From an uncultured Acidobacteriota bacterium (GTDB lineage Bacteria > Acidobacteriota > Vicinamibacteria > Vicinamibacterales > 2-12-FULL-66-21): a stretch of 64,000 bases of DNA. The stretch covers positions 465,260-529,259 of the forward strand of contig CAVTIL010000015.1 in the NCBI GenBank assembly GCA_963734695.1. The letters run 5' to 3'. Every line of letters begins with the position of its first letter. Position 1 is the first letter of the stretch. A program made the translations under genes and the position numbers. This document shows positions 49,321-61,519 of this stretch, piece by piece. The notes under the pieces were generated by a model. The model had not been told where the DNA came from. It searched no databases and saw only the letters and a list, made by a program, of their open reading frames with translations.

Positions 49321-49710
49321 ATGACGAATCGACCTCATAACGACCTCAGCCGCCGAGAGCGTCAAATTATTGACATCCTCTATGCGAACGGCCAGGCGAC
49401 CGCCGCTGAAGTTCAAGCGGCGCTCCCCGAACCGCCCAGCTACTCGGCAGTCCGGGCGATGCTTCGGATTCTCGAAGAGAAAGGGCACGTCAGGCACGAA
49501 CAGGACGGCCCTCGCTATATCTACCTGCCGACGCTCGGCCGGGACAACGCCCAGCGCTCCGCGCTGCATCACATGTTGAAAACCTTCTTTGACGGTTCTG
49601 CCGAACAGGCCATCTCCGCCCTGCTGGACGAGTCGTCGCAGAAACTTTCGGACGCTGAGCTCGATCGGCTCGCCAGGCTGATCGACCAGGCGCGGAACGC
49701 CGGAGCCTGA
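49321..49710 (+). CDS. blaI: BlaI/MecI/CopY-family penicillinase-repressor-type transcriptional regulator
   Basis: MTNRPHNDLSRRERQIIDILYANGQATAAEVQAALPEPPSYSAVRAMLRILEEKGHVRHE is a winged-helix Penicillinase_R signature. About 130 aa. The stop lies 2 nt before the BlaR1-like gene. Confidence 0.8.
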   Translation: MTNRPHNDLSRRERQIIDILYANGQATAAEVQAALPEPPSYSAVRAMLRILEEKGHVRHEQDGPRYIYLPTLGRDNAQRSALHHMLKTFFDGSAEQAISALLDESSQKLSDAELDRLARLIDQARNAGA

Positions 49711-49712
49711 TA

Positions 49713-52009
49713 ATGAGCATCTTTCACTTCTTGCCTGTGGACTCCGGCACCTCATGGCTCCCCGTCGCCAGCGTCGTCCTGAAGGCCACGCTGATGCTGG
49801 CTGCCGCCGGCGCCGCCGCGTTTACTCTCCGTCGCAGGTCTGCCGCGCTGCGCCACATGATCTGGACGCTCGCGCTCGCCGGGGTTCTGCTGCTGCCCGT
49901 ACTGTCGATTGCGTTGCCGAGGTGGCAACTGTCGTTGGTGAAGATCGAGAAGGCAGCCTTCGCTCCCGCGCCGTGCGAAGGCTGTCTCGCCGAAGCGGCC
50001 GTGGCCGCGAAGGCGGACGCACAGTCAGCAACCCGCAGCCAGGAGTCGGAGAGCAATCGCCACCAGCCAATAACCAGAAGCCAGCAGCCAGAAGCCAGCC
50101 CTTCGACTCGCGCTGCCACCGACGCTCGCTCAGGGCAGGCAGCCAGCCTGTCATGGTCCACGATTCTGCTGGTGACTTGGATGGCAGGCGCGCTGTTGAT
50201 CCTCGCGCGCCTTGCCGCAGGGATCGTCGCGGTCCGATGGATGTCCCGGCGAGCCGAGCGCGTGACCGACGCGCCATGGCTGGCGCAGGCTCGATCGCTT
50301 GCGGCGGAGCTCGGGATCTCTTCACGGATCGCGTTTCTGCGCAGCAGTGGCGCATCCATGCCGATGGCGTGGGGCATCCTGCGCCCTGCCGTGTTGATGC
50401 CGGCGGTTGCCGACGAGTGGCCGGCCGAGCGGCTGCGGATCGTGCTGCTCCACGAGCTTGCGCACGTCAAGCGGCGCGACTGTCTCACGCACATGCTCGC
50501 GCAGGTCTCGTGCGCGTTGCACTGGTTCAATCCGCTGGCGTGGATGGCCGCCCGGCACGTTCGCCAGGAACGCGAACGCGCATGCGACGACCTGGTTCTC
50601 GCCGCTGGCACACGCGGTCCGGACTACGCCGATCAGCTCATCGAGATCGCACGGGTGATGCGCTCCGGCCGATTCCCCGCGATCATGGCGGGAGCGAGCC
50701 TGGCGATGGCGCACCGCTCGGAGCTCGAAGGCCGTCTCATGGCCATCCTGGATCCGAGCGTTCCTCGAGCGCGCGCTTTCGCGCGTGCGCGCCGCGGGAG
50801 CCACGTCGCTCTTCGCGCTGGCGGTCATGCCGCTGGCGTCAATGCAGCCCTGGACGATCGTCTCCACGCCTGGGGAGACACCCGCGCCAGCGGCCGTTCA
50901 GCAGAGCGCGTCTGCCGTCACGGCTCAATCGCCGACGCCCACGCCCACGCCAACGCCAACGCCGACGCCGACACCGTCAGATTCGTCCGACCGCTCGCAC
51001 CGGATCGACGCGGATAGCGCGGCTCACAGCGCGAGCGCGGCCGCGCAGTCGGCCGTTCAAAGCGCGGTGCAGAGCGGAATCCAGAGCGGGGTTCAAGCCG
51101 GCGTGCAGTACGGGGTCGCCGGCGCGATGGCGGGCGTGCAGGCCGTAACTGGCCACTTCGACGTCGGGACCCTCAATGCGGCTATCAACGCAGGTTTGGA
51201 CGCAGCCGCGCAGGCCGCGGCGAATCCGCATGACAACGGCGGCCGTCCGAGCAAGGCGGATCCCAGGACCGTTGCGGCCTTGACGGCGGCACTGAAGGAC
51301 ACAGACAAGGACGTTCGCGAAACCGCGATGCACGCGCTCGTGCAACTGCGCGATCCAAGTATTTTCGATCCGCTCGTCCAGGCGCTGTCTGATGGCTCGC
51401 CTGATGTGCGCGAGCAGGCCGCGTTCGGGCTCGGACAGCTTCGCGATCCGCGCGCCGTCGAACCACTGATCGGCGCGTTGAAGGATCAGAACGCGGACGT
51501 GCGCCAGCAGGCGGCATTCGCGCTCGGGCAGATTCGCGACCACAGTGCGGTTCCTGGCTTGAGCGCCGCGCTGAAGGATTCGAGCGACGACGTGCGCGAG
51601 CAGGCAGTCTTTGCGCTCGGGCAGATTCGCGACCCGGCGTCGGTCGATGCCCTCGTCGTGGCGGTGCGCGACACCAAGGCCGACGTCAGGCAGCAGGCCG
51701 TGTTTGCGCTCGGGCAGATTCGCGATCGGCGCGGCGTCGAGCCGCTCATCTCTGCCTTGAAGGATCCGGCTGCCGACGTGCGCGAGCAGGCCGCGTTCGC
51801 GCTCGGGCAGATTCGTGACCCCCGCGCGGTGGAACCGCTGGTGATTGCGCTGAAAGACAGCGTCTCTGATGTGCGCGAGCAGGCCGCGTTTGCGCTCGGG
51901 CAGATTCGCGACCCACGCGCGATCGACGGTCTGACGACGGCGCTCAAGGACTGCGAGCGCCGACGTTCGACAGCAGGCGGCGTTCGCGCTCGGGCAGCTG
52001 GCTCGTTGA
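49713..52009 (+). CDS. BlaR1/MecR1-like M56 peptidase membrane sensor fused to a Pro/Thr linker and C-terminal HEAT-repeat domain. Apparent frameshifts near 50790 and 51965.
   Basis: 4-TM M56 domain with HELAHVKRRD (HExxH) in ORF 49713..51017. The frame switches to ORF 50785..52023, which has a (PT)n linker and about 8 repeats of ALKDxxxDVRxQAAFALGQIRDPRAVEPL. The final repeat is only in frame (DVRQQAAFALGQLAR*) after a shift near 51965, giving a stop at 52009. Confidence 0.55.
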
Positions 52010-52013
52010 TTTC

Positions 52014-52082
52014 TGATTGCTGATTGCTGATTGCTGATTGACTCGGCCCAATCAGCAATCAGCAATCGACAATCAGCAATCG
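52014..52082. repeat. inverted array of heptamer repeats: (TGATTGC)x4, 9-nt loop, (GCAATCA)x4; potential ~30-bp hairpin
   Basis: tgattgctgattgctgattgctgattga ctcggccca atcagcaatcagcaatcgacaatcagcaatcg, read directly after the BlaR1-HEAT stop. Confidence 0.7.
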
Positions 52083-52084
52083 AA

Positions 52085-52124
52085 GGGCGGGGCCAAAGGC
52101 CCCGCCGACCCATTGGTGTGTTTT
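52085..52124 (+). terminator. Rho-independent terminator-like hairpin (GGCGGGGCC-aaa-GGCCCCGCC) followed by a U-rich tract
   Basis: 9-bp GC stem with 3-nt loop at 52086-52106, then gacccattggtgtgttttc. Confidence 0.5.
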
Positions 52125-52148
52125 CAGATGCTACGTTTTTAGCAGGAG

Positions 52149-52916
52149 ATGCGCATGACTCCCCTCGCTGTCTTTGTTCGGACCCTACTCAAGACGAGCG
52201 CCGTGTTCATCGGCGTCACGACCGTAATGCTGCACCCGTCGTTCGAATGGTCCCGCGCCTCCGGGTTGTCCACGTCGTACACGCGCGTCGTGACGGCGCG
52301 GCAGAGCCCGGCAGAAGCGGCCGTCGATGCACTCGTCGCGGCGCTGAAAGACACGGATGCGGGCGTCAGGCGCCAGGCGGCGGCTGCGCTTGGCGACATC
52401 GGCAACGCGCGCGCGGTGACGGGATTGATCGACGCGCTGAAGGACGCCGACCCGGACGTGCGTCAGCACGCGCTGTCGGCGCTCGGCGAGATCGGTGACC
52501 GCCGTGCCGTCACGGCCATCGCGGGCCTCCTGAAGGACAGTTCGCCTTCGATTCGCAGGAGCGCGGCGTCCGCGCTTGGCGAGCTTGGAGACAGCACGGC
52601 GGTCGATCCCCTCATCGCCGTCATCAATGATGCGAATGCCGATGTGCGGAGACACGTCATCTCGGCGCTCGGAGAACTGGGTGACTCTCGAGCGCTGCCG
52701 GCGTTGACGACCGCGCTCAAGGACGCAGATGTCGCGGTGCGTCGAGCGGCCATACAGGCGATCGCCGAGATCGGCGACGGAGGCGGGGGGCATCGTTTCA
52801 ACGTGCACGTACCCAGTCCCCATCCCCATCCGCATCCGCACCCGAATCCCAACCCGAACCCCAATCCCAATCCGAATCCAAACCCGCGGCTCCAGGAATT
52901 CAGCCAGGAGCAGTGA
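52149..52916 (+). CDS. HEAT-repeat (PBS-lyase-like) protein with C-terminal HPHPHPNPNPNP low-complexity tail
   Basis: Six ALKDxDxxVRxxAxxALGxIGDxRAV repeats. Signal/TM-like N-terminus. Tail PHPHPHPHPNPNPNPNPNPNP. Intact, 255 aa. Confidence 0.7.
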   Translation: MRMTPLAVFVRTLLKTSAVFIGVTTVMLHPSFEWSRASGLSTSYTRVVTARQSPAEAAVDALVAALKDTDAGVRRQAAAALGDIGNARAVTGLIDALKDADPDVRQHALSALGEIGDRRAVTAIAGLLKDSSPSIRRSAASALGELGDSTAVDPLIAVINDANADVRRHVISALGELGDSRALPALTTALKDADVAVRRAAIQAIAEIGDGGGGHRFNVHVPSPHPHPHPHPNPNPNPNPNPNPNPRLQEFSQEQ

Positions 52917-53896
52917 CGTGATTCGGACCCTCGTCGCTTCACTGACCGCGCTGGTGACGCTGGCCGCGTCGGCGAACGAGTATCACGACATCCAGGCGCG
53001 GAGCATGCGCGAACTCATCGCAGATCTTGCCGCGCAGGATCCTGTTGTCAGAGCGCGTGCCGCGTGCGAGATGCGCGAACTGGGCGACACGGCGCGTCGA
53101 TGCCATTCAGCCTCTCGCGAGCATGCTCGGCGATGCGGCGCCGGTCGAACCGCAGGTCTGCAGCCGCAACTGGTGGCGCGGCAACCCCAACGACCTCACA
53201 TCGCCCGGCGAGCAGGCTGCCGCGGCGCTGGTGGCGATCGGCACGCGCGCGTTTCAACCGGTGTTGGGTGCGCTTCGCAGCACGACATGGACGGCTCGTC
53301 GCAACGCCGCGTGGGCCCTGGGCGCGTTCGACGATCAGCGCGCCGTCGATGCGCTGGTCGAAGCATTGAAGGATCGTGAACCCGGCGTTCGCGAGCAGGT
53401 GGCGTGGGCGCTCGGCGCCATCGACGACAAACGTGCCGTACAGGCACTCATCGGTGCCTTGAAAGACACCGATCCGCGCGTCCGCAGACAGGCCGCATGG
53501 GCGCTCGGCGCCATTGACGATCCGGCCGCAGCGGACGCGCTCTCGGCGGCACTCAGCGATAGCGACGAACCGACGCGGGCGCAGGCCGCGTGGGCGCTCG
53601 GCGCGATAGACGACCGAAGCGCCGTGCCGGCGCTGATTCGAGCGTTGGAGGATCACGCCGAGCGCGTCCGGAAACAGGCCGCGTGGGCGCTTGGCGCGAT
53701 CGATGACTCACGAGCGGTGGACGCACTCGTCAAGGCGCTGTCGGACCAGAGCCAGGGCGTCCGCCAGCAGGCAGCCTGGGCGCTCGGCGCCATCGGCGAT
53801 TCGCGGGCGCTGCCCGGCTTGCTGCCAGCGCTCAAGGACACCGACGCGGGCGTGAGGAAGCAGGCCGCATGGGCGATTGGCGCGATCGGAAAGTGA
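52917..53896 (+). CDS. HEAT-repeat protein (third in a row). Apparent frameshift near 53095.
   Basis: GTG start with signal-like VIRTLVASLTALVTLAASA and a first HEAT unit in frame 52729... After a shift at about 53095, the continuation in ORF 53027..53896 has about 8 repeats of VREQVAWALGAIDDKRAVQALIGALKD. Confidence 0.55.
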
Positions 53897-53906
53897 GGGT
53901 CGGTCG

Positions 53907-56398
<2,492 letters not shown>

Positions 56399-56401
56399 AC
56401 A

Positions 56402-58820
56402 TTGCGGACGTTACTCCAGGATTTGCGTCACGGCGTCCGATTGCTGCTCGGCTCGCCAGGCTTCACCGTTGTTGCCGTCGCGGCGCTCGCGCTCGGTATC
56501 GGCGCCAACACCGCCATCTTCAGCGTGGTCAATACGGTTCTCATTCAGCGCCTGCCCTACAGGGACCCCGATCGTCTCGCGATCGTCTGGGAACACAACC
56601 TTCCGCGCGACCGCAAGAACAACGTCGTGTCGCCCGCCAATTTCCTTCATTGGCGGGAAATGAATCGCACGTTTGACGAGATGTCGATCGTGAGCATGAC
56701 ATTCCGCACGGCGTATACCGGCGACGGGGAGCCCGAAGAACTGCCGATGCAGATCGTGAACGCCACGCTGTTCCCGATTCTCGGAGTCAACGCCGCAGTT
56801 GGACGGGTATTCACGGCGGCGGAGGATCAGCCGAACGCCAATCGATTCGTCATCCTCAGCGATCGGTTCTGGAAGCGGCGGTTCGCCGCCGATCCGCGCG
56901 TCATCAACCGTGGCATCAGGCTCGGCGGGAACCTTTTTACCGTGGTGGGGGTCATGCCGCCTGGATTCTCCATTCTCGACAAGAACGTCGACGTCTGGGT
57001 TCCGGCAGGATTCTCGGCGGAGGCCCGCGCGCCACAGGGCCGCTGGACCATGGTCGTCGCGCGGTTGAAAGATGGCGTCACGTTTCCGCAGGCACAGGAC
57101 GACATGACCCGCGTGGCCAGCGAGCTGACGCGGAAGTTTCCGAATTTCGACACCGGATGGACCGCGCGGGTCGTGCCGCTGAAGGAACAGCTGACTGGCG
57201 ATGTCCGCCCTGCTCTTCTCGTACTGCTTGGTGCCGTCGGGTTCGTGCTGCTCATCGCCTGCGCGAACGTGGCCAACCTGCTGCTCGCGCGCGCGACGAG
57301 CCGTCAGCGAGAGCTCGCGGTTCGCGCCGCGCTGGGAGCGGATCGTGCGACGTCTGATCAGGCAGCTGCTCGCCGAAAGCCTGCTGCTCGCTGTGGTCGG
57401 CGGCGCCGCGGGCGTTGGTCTTGCCTGGTGGGGGCTTCGATTTCTGCGGACCGTGGTCTCGGCAAACCTGCCGGTTTCACGGCTGGAGTTTGTCGGACTC
57501 GACCCATGGGTCCTTTCGTTCGCCTGTGTGGTTGCCCTCGCAAGCGGCCTGCTGTTCGGCGTGATCCCGGCATTCACCGCTGCGGGCAGCAGCCTGACCG
57601 ATGCGCTCAAAGAGGGCGGGCGAACTGGAAGCGCGAGCCGCGGGAGACGTGCACGGCACGCCCTGGTCGTGATCGAAATGGCGCTTGCGCTCGTTCTCTT
57701 GGTTGGAGCGGGACTGCTGGTCCGCAGCTTCATGACGTTGATGCGCGTCGATCCCGGCTTCGATCCGTCTCGAACCGTGACCATGAAGGTCACGCTGCCT
57801 TCCGCGAGCTATCGGGATGAAGGCCGGTCGATTGCCTTCTTCGACCGCTTGTTCGCTCGCCTCGACACGCTGCCCGGCGTTCAGGCCACCGGCGGTGTGA
57901 GCTTCCTGCCTCTCAACGGACTGGGAGCCGCGACAAGCTTCTTCATCGAGGGACACGAGAAGCCCCGCACCGGAGACGAGCCGGTCTCGGACGTCCGAGT
58001 CGTCACGCACGACTACTTCAAGGCCATGGGCATTCCGCTCTTGCGTGGACGTCTCTTCGACGGCCGTGACACGGCGCCGAAGACCAGGCGCATCATCGTG
58101 AGCGAGATGCTGGTCAAGAAGTATTTCGGCGACGTGGATCCAATCGGACGCCGGATCGTCCTCGCGTGGAACGACGAGGGCCCGGACGAGATCATCGGCG
58201 TCGTGGGCGATATCCGATCGGCGAGCCTCGAAACCGAGCCCAAAGGCGCGAGCTATCTTCCACCGGCCCGATTCGCGTATCCATTCACGACCGTCGTGGT
58301 GAAGACCCGGGACGAGAGCTTGAGCGTCGTGCCCGCGCTGGTCAACGCGGTGCACGAAATCGACCCGGACGTGCCGGTCGCCGACATCATGCCGATGACG
58401 GCAGTCATCTCCGTGTCCACGGCCGAGCGCCGCGTCACGATGATCATGCTGATGATCTTTGCGGCCGTGGCGCTTGTGCTGGCCTCGGTTGGAATCTACG
58501 GGGTCATCAGCTATTCCGTCACGCAGCGTACCCAGGAAATTGGGATCCGGATGGCCCTGGGAGCGCAGCGCGCTGATGTGCTGCGGATGGTTGTCGGCCG
58601 TGCCATGGTCCTGGCCGTCGCAGGAATCGGGCTCGGCGCCCTAGGTGCGTTTGCCCTGACCCGGCTCATGTCGAAGCTGCTTTTCAGCGTGCGCCCCGAG
58701 GATCCTCTGACGTTCGCGGCGGTGGCTGCTCTGCTGGCGGTGGTGGCCGCCCTGGCGAGCTACCTTCCTGGACGCCGGGCCACGCGCGTCGATCCCGTGG
58801 TGGCGCTCAGGGCTGAATGA
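56402..58820 (+). CDS. ADOP-family double-FtsX permease. Single apparent frameshift near 57340.
   Basis: TTG start. [42 protein letters not shown]... in-frame to ...[10 protein letters not shown]. The frame then switches to ORF 57201..58820 ([25 protein letters not shown] ... second FtsX ... [17 protein letters not shown]). Confidence 0.75.
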
Positions 58821-58886
58821 CAAGGGATAAGCACCTTTTCCCCTGTTTCCTGCCTCTGCCGTTCTTTTGCGGTACGATTCGCGTGC

Positions 58887-60200
58887 ATGCTGGTGGCCTG
58901 GGCGATCATCGCCCTGCTCATTCTCCTGACCGGCTTATTTGTGGCTGCGGAGTTCGCAGCGGTCAGCGCCAGGCGGAGCCGCCTTCGCAGGATGGCAGAG
59001 GACGGAAACGTCCTGGCAGCCCGAATCCTGCCCGTCCTCGAAGATCCCGGAGCGCTCGACCGTTACATCGCGGCGTCGCAGATAGGCATTACGCTGTCCA
59101 GCCTGATCCTCGGCGCCTACGGGCAGGCGACACTTGCGCCGCGGCTGGAACCGTTCCTCGAGCGCTTTGAACGCATGCAGCCGGCGACCGTCGAGTCGGT
59201 CGCCGCCGGCATCGTGCTGACGTTTCTCACCACGCTTGCCGTGATTCTGGGCGAGCTCGTGCCGAAATCGCTCGCGCTGCAGAATCCCACCCGCACGGCG
59301 CTCTTCACCGTTCTTCCGATGCAGTGGTCGATCCGCGTCTTCTCGTGGTCGATCAACTTCCTCAACGGCAGCGCTGTTTTGCTGCTCAAGGCGCTCCGCA
59401 TTCCCTCGACCGGCCACCGGCACGTGCACTCGCCGGAGGAGATCGCGCTGCTGATCGCGGAAAGCCGCGACGGCGGCCTGCTCGAGCCCGAGGAACAGGT
59501 CCGCCTTCACCGGGCACTCCGGCTGGGACTGCGCAGTGCGCGACAGTTGATGGTCCCGCGCGCGCGCCTCGCGGCCATCGATGCGTCGCTGCCCTTCGAA
59601 GACGTTCTGCGGACCGTGGCGGCGAGTCCGTACAGCCGGCTTCCGGTTTACCGCGGGTCGATGGACAACATCATCGGCATCCTTCACACGAAGGATGTCG
59701 TGACGCGTTACGTCCAGGCGAGCGGTCTGACGGTGAGCATTCTGCTCCGGCCGATCGTGCGCGTGCCCGATACGATGGCCGCAGATCGTCTGCTGACATT
59801 CCTGCGTGAGCGCCGAAGCCACCAGGCGCTGGTCGTCGATGCCAACGATTCGGTGGTAGGTCTCATCACGCTCGAGGACGTGGTCGCCGAACTGCTCGGC
59901 GGCGTGTCGGACGAGTTCAAGTCGATGCAGGCGCGGCCGATCCGTCTCGCGGACGGACGTCTCCGCCTTCCGGGATCGATGCGGCTGGATCAGGCCGCCC
60001 GGCTCATGGGGTCTGCGTGGCGCAGCCTCGATCGGACCGTCGCCGAGCAAATCACGACGGTCCTGGGCCGCATTCCTGAGCCGGGTGAGGAAGTCGACGT
60101 CGACGGCGTCCATGTCGAAGTCGAAGCGCTCGACGGGAATGCCATCACGTCGGTCATCGTCGGCGAACGGCTCAAACAGGACGAAGGCGCAGGGGCGTGA
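58887..60200 (+). CDS. CNNM/HlyC-CorC family transporter (DUF21 membrane domain, CBS pair, CorC_HlyC)
   Basis: 437 aa. N-terminus LVAWAIIALLILLTGLFVAAEFAAVSARRSRL (DUF21). CBS-pair region. C-terminal transporter-associated domain. Intact. Confidence 0.8.
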   Translation: MLVAWAIIALLILLTGLFVAAEFAAVSARRSRLRRMAEDGNVLAARILPVLEDPGALDRYIAASQIGITLSSLILGAYGQATLAPRLEPFLERFERMQPATVESVAAGIVLTFLTTLAVILGELVPKSLALQNPTRTALFTVLPMQWSIRVFSWSINFLNGSAVLLLKALRIPSTGHRHVHSPEEIALLIAESRDGGLLEPEEQVRLHRALRLGLRSARQLMVPRARLAAIDASLPFEDVLRTVAASPYSRLPVYRGSMDNIIGILHTKDVVTRYVQASGLTVSILLRPIVRVPDTMAADRLLTFLRERRSHQALVVDANDSVVGLITLEDVVAELLGGVSDEFKSMQARPIRLADGRLRLPGSMRLDQAARLMGSAWRSLDRTVAEQITTVLGRIPEPGEEVDVDGVHVEVEALDGNAITSVIVGERLKQDEGAGA

Positions 60201-61486
60201 CGGCCTTCTTGATCATCGCGGCGCTGATCATCCTGAACGGGCTGTTCGTCGCGGCGGAGTTTGCCATCGTGGGCGCCCCGCGGGCCGCGATCGACCAGAA
60301 AGCGCACGAGGGCAACAGGCTCGCGCGCGCCGTGCAGCGCATCTTCGACGATCCCAAACAGCAGGATCGGTACATCGCAACCGCGCAGCTCGGCATCACC
60401 ATAGCCAGCCTCGGCCTGGGCATGTATGGCGAGCATGTGCTGGCCGACGGGCTCTACGAATTGCTCGGCGGCCATGGACTGCCGCAACTCTTCGCGTCGC
60501 ACGGACTGGCGAGCACGCTGGCGGTCGTGATCCTGACCTACTTCCACATCGTCATCGGCGAAATGATTCCGAAGTCTCTCGCGCTGCAGCGCGCGGAGCA
60601 GCTGGCGATGTGGATCACGCCTCCGATGCGCTGGATCCGCAACGCCCTGTTCCCGTTCGTGCTGGCGCTCAGCGCGCTGGGGAACTATGTGTTGAAGCTG
60701 CTTGGCGTCAACCGCCAGGCGCAGGCCGCCGATCAGTACTACACGGCCGAGGAACTGCAGCTCATCGTGCAGGAGAGCGAGGACCTCGGCGCCATTCGCG
60801 CCGAGTCCGGACAGATGCTGCAGGAGCTGTTCGAGTTCGGCGGCCTGTCGGCCGGTGAGGCCATGGTGCCGCGAGTCCGCGTGGTCGGCATTCCGCTCGG
60901 GACGCCGCCCGATCAGATCCGCGAGCTTCTCGGACGGACGCCCCACACGCGCTACCCGATCTACGAGCGGGATCTGGATCACATCATCGGCATGGTTCAC
61001 ATCAAGGATCTGCTGGGTGTGCTTCTGCGCGGCGAGGCGATTGGACGAACTCACGTGCGGCCCCTGCCGCTGGTTCCCGAAACCGCGCTCCTTGATTCAG
61101 TGCTGTCGACGATGCGGCGGGAGCGGACGCAGATGGTGATCGTTCTCGACGAGCACGGGGGCACCGCCGGCGTCGTCACGCTCCAGGACCTGTTCGAAGA
61201 GGTCGTCGGCGAGATCGAAGAGGGTCCTCTCACGGCACCGCAGGTGTATCGCGACCCGAGCGGACGACTGCGCGTGCCTGGAACGATGCGACTCGACGAA
61301 CTGGGCCAGGAATTCGATCTCGATCTGGAGCACGAGGACGTCGACAGCGTCAGCGGCCTGGTGCTCACGCTTCTTGGCCGGCCTCCCGCCGTCGGCGACA
61401 CGATTCGTTACGAGCGCCTGCAGTTGGAGGTGACCAGGGTCAAAGGCCACGGCGTCGATGAATGCGCGGTATCGCTCGTGCCGTGA
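60197..61486 (+). CDS. CNNM/HlyC-CorC family transporter (tandem paralog)
   Basis: 429 aa. LIIAALIILNGLFVAAEFAIVGAPRAAI. Same architecture as the upstream gene. Its start overlaps the upstream stop (GTGA). Confidence 0.8.
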   Translation: MTAFLIIAALIILNGLFVAAEFAIVGAPRAAIDQKAHEGNRLARAVQRIFDDPKQQDRYIATAQLGITIASLGLGMYGEHVLADGLYELLGGHGLPQLFASHGLASTLAVVILTYFHIVIGEMIPKSLALQRAEQLAMWITPPMRWIRNALFPFVLALSALGNYVLKLLGVNRQAQAADQYYTAEELQLIVQESEDLGAIRAESGQMLQELFEFGGLSAGEAMVPRVRVVGIPLGTPPDQIRELLGRTPHTRYPIYERDLDHIIGMVHIKDLLGVLLRGEAIGRTHVRPLPLVPETALLDSVLSTMRRERTQMVIVLDEHGGTAGVVTLQDLFEEVVGEIEEGPLTAPQVYRDPSGRLRVPGTMRLDELGQEFDLDLEHEDVDSVSGLVLTLLGRPPAVGDTIRYERLQLEVTRVKGHGVDECAVSLVP

Positions 61487-61519
61487 GTCGAGCGATGCGT
61501 CACAAGTTCGGTATCGTCG

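Noticed and set aside
52014-52082. Possible CRISPR or miniature inverted-repeat transposable element
   Set aside because: Only heptamer units without spacers, no target-site duplication, no terminal inverted repeats flanking a core. Better explained as a structured terminator.
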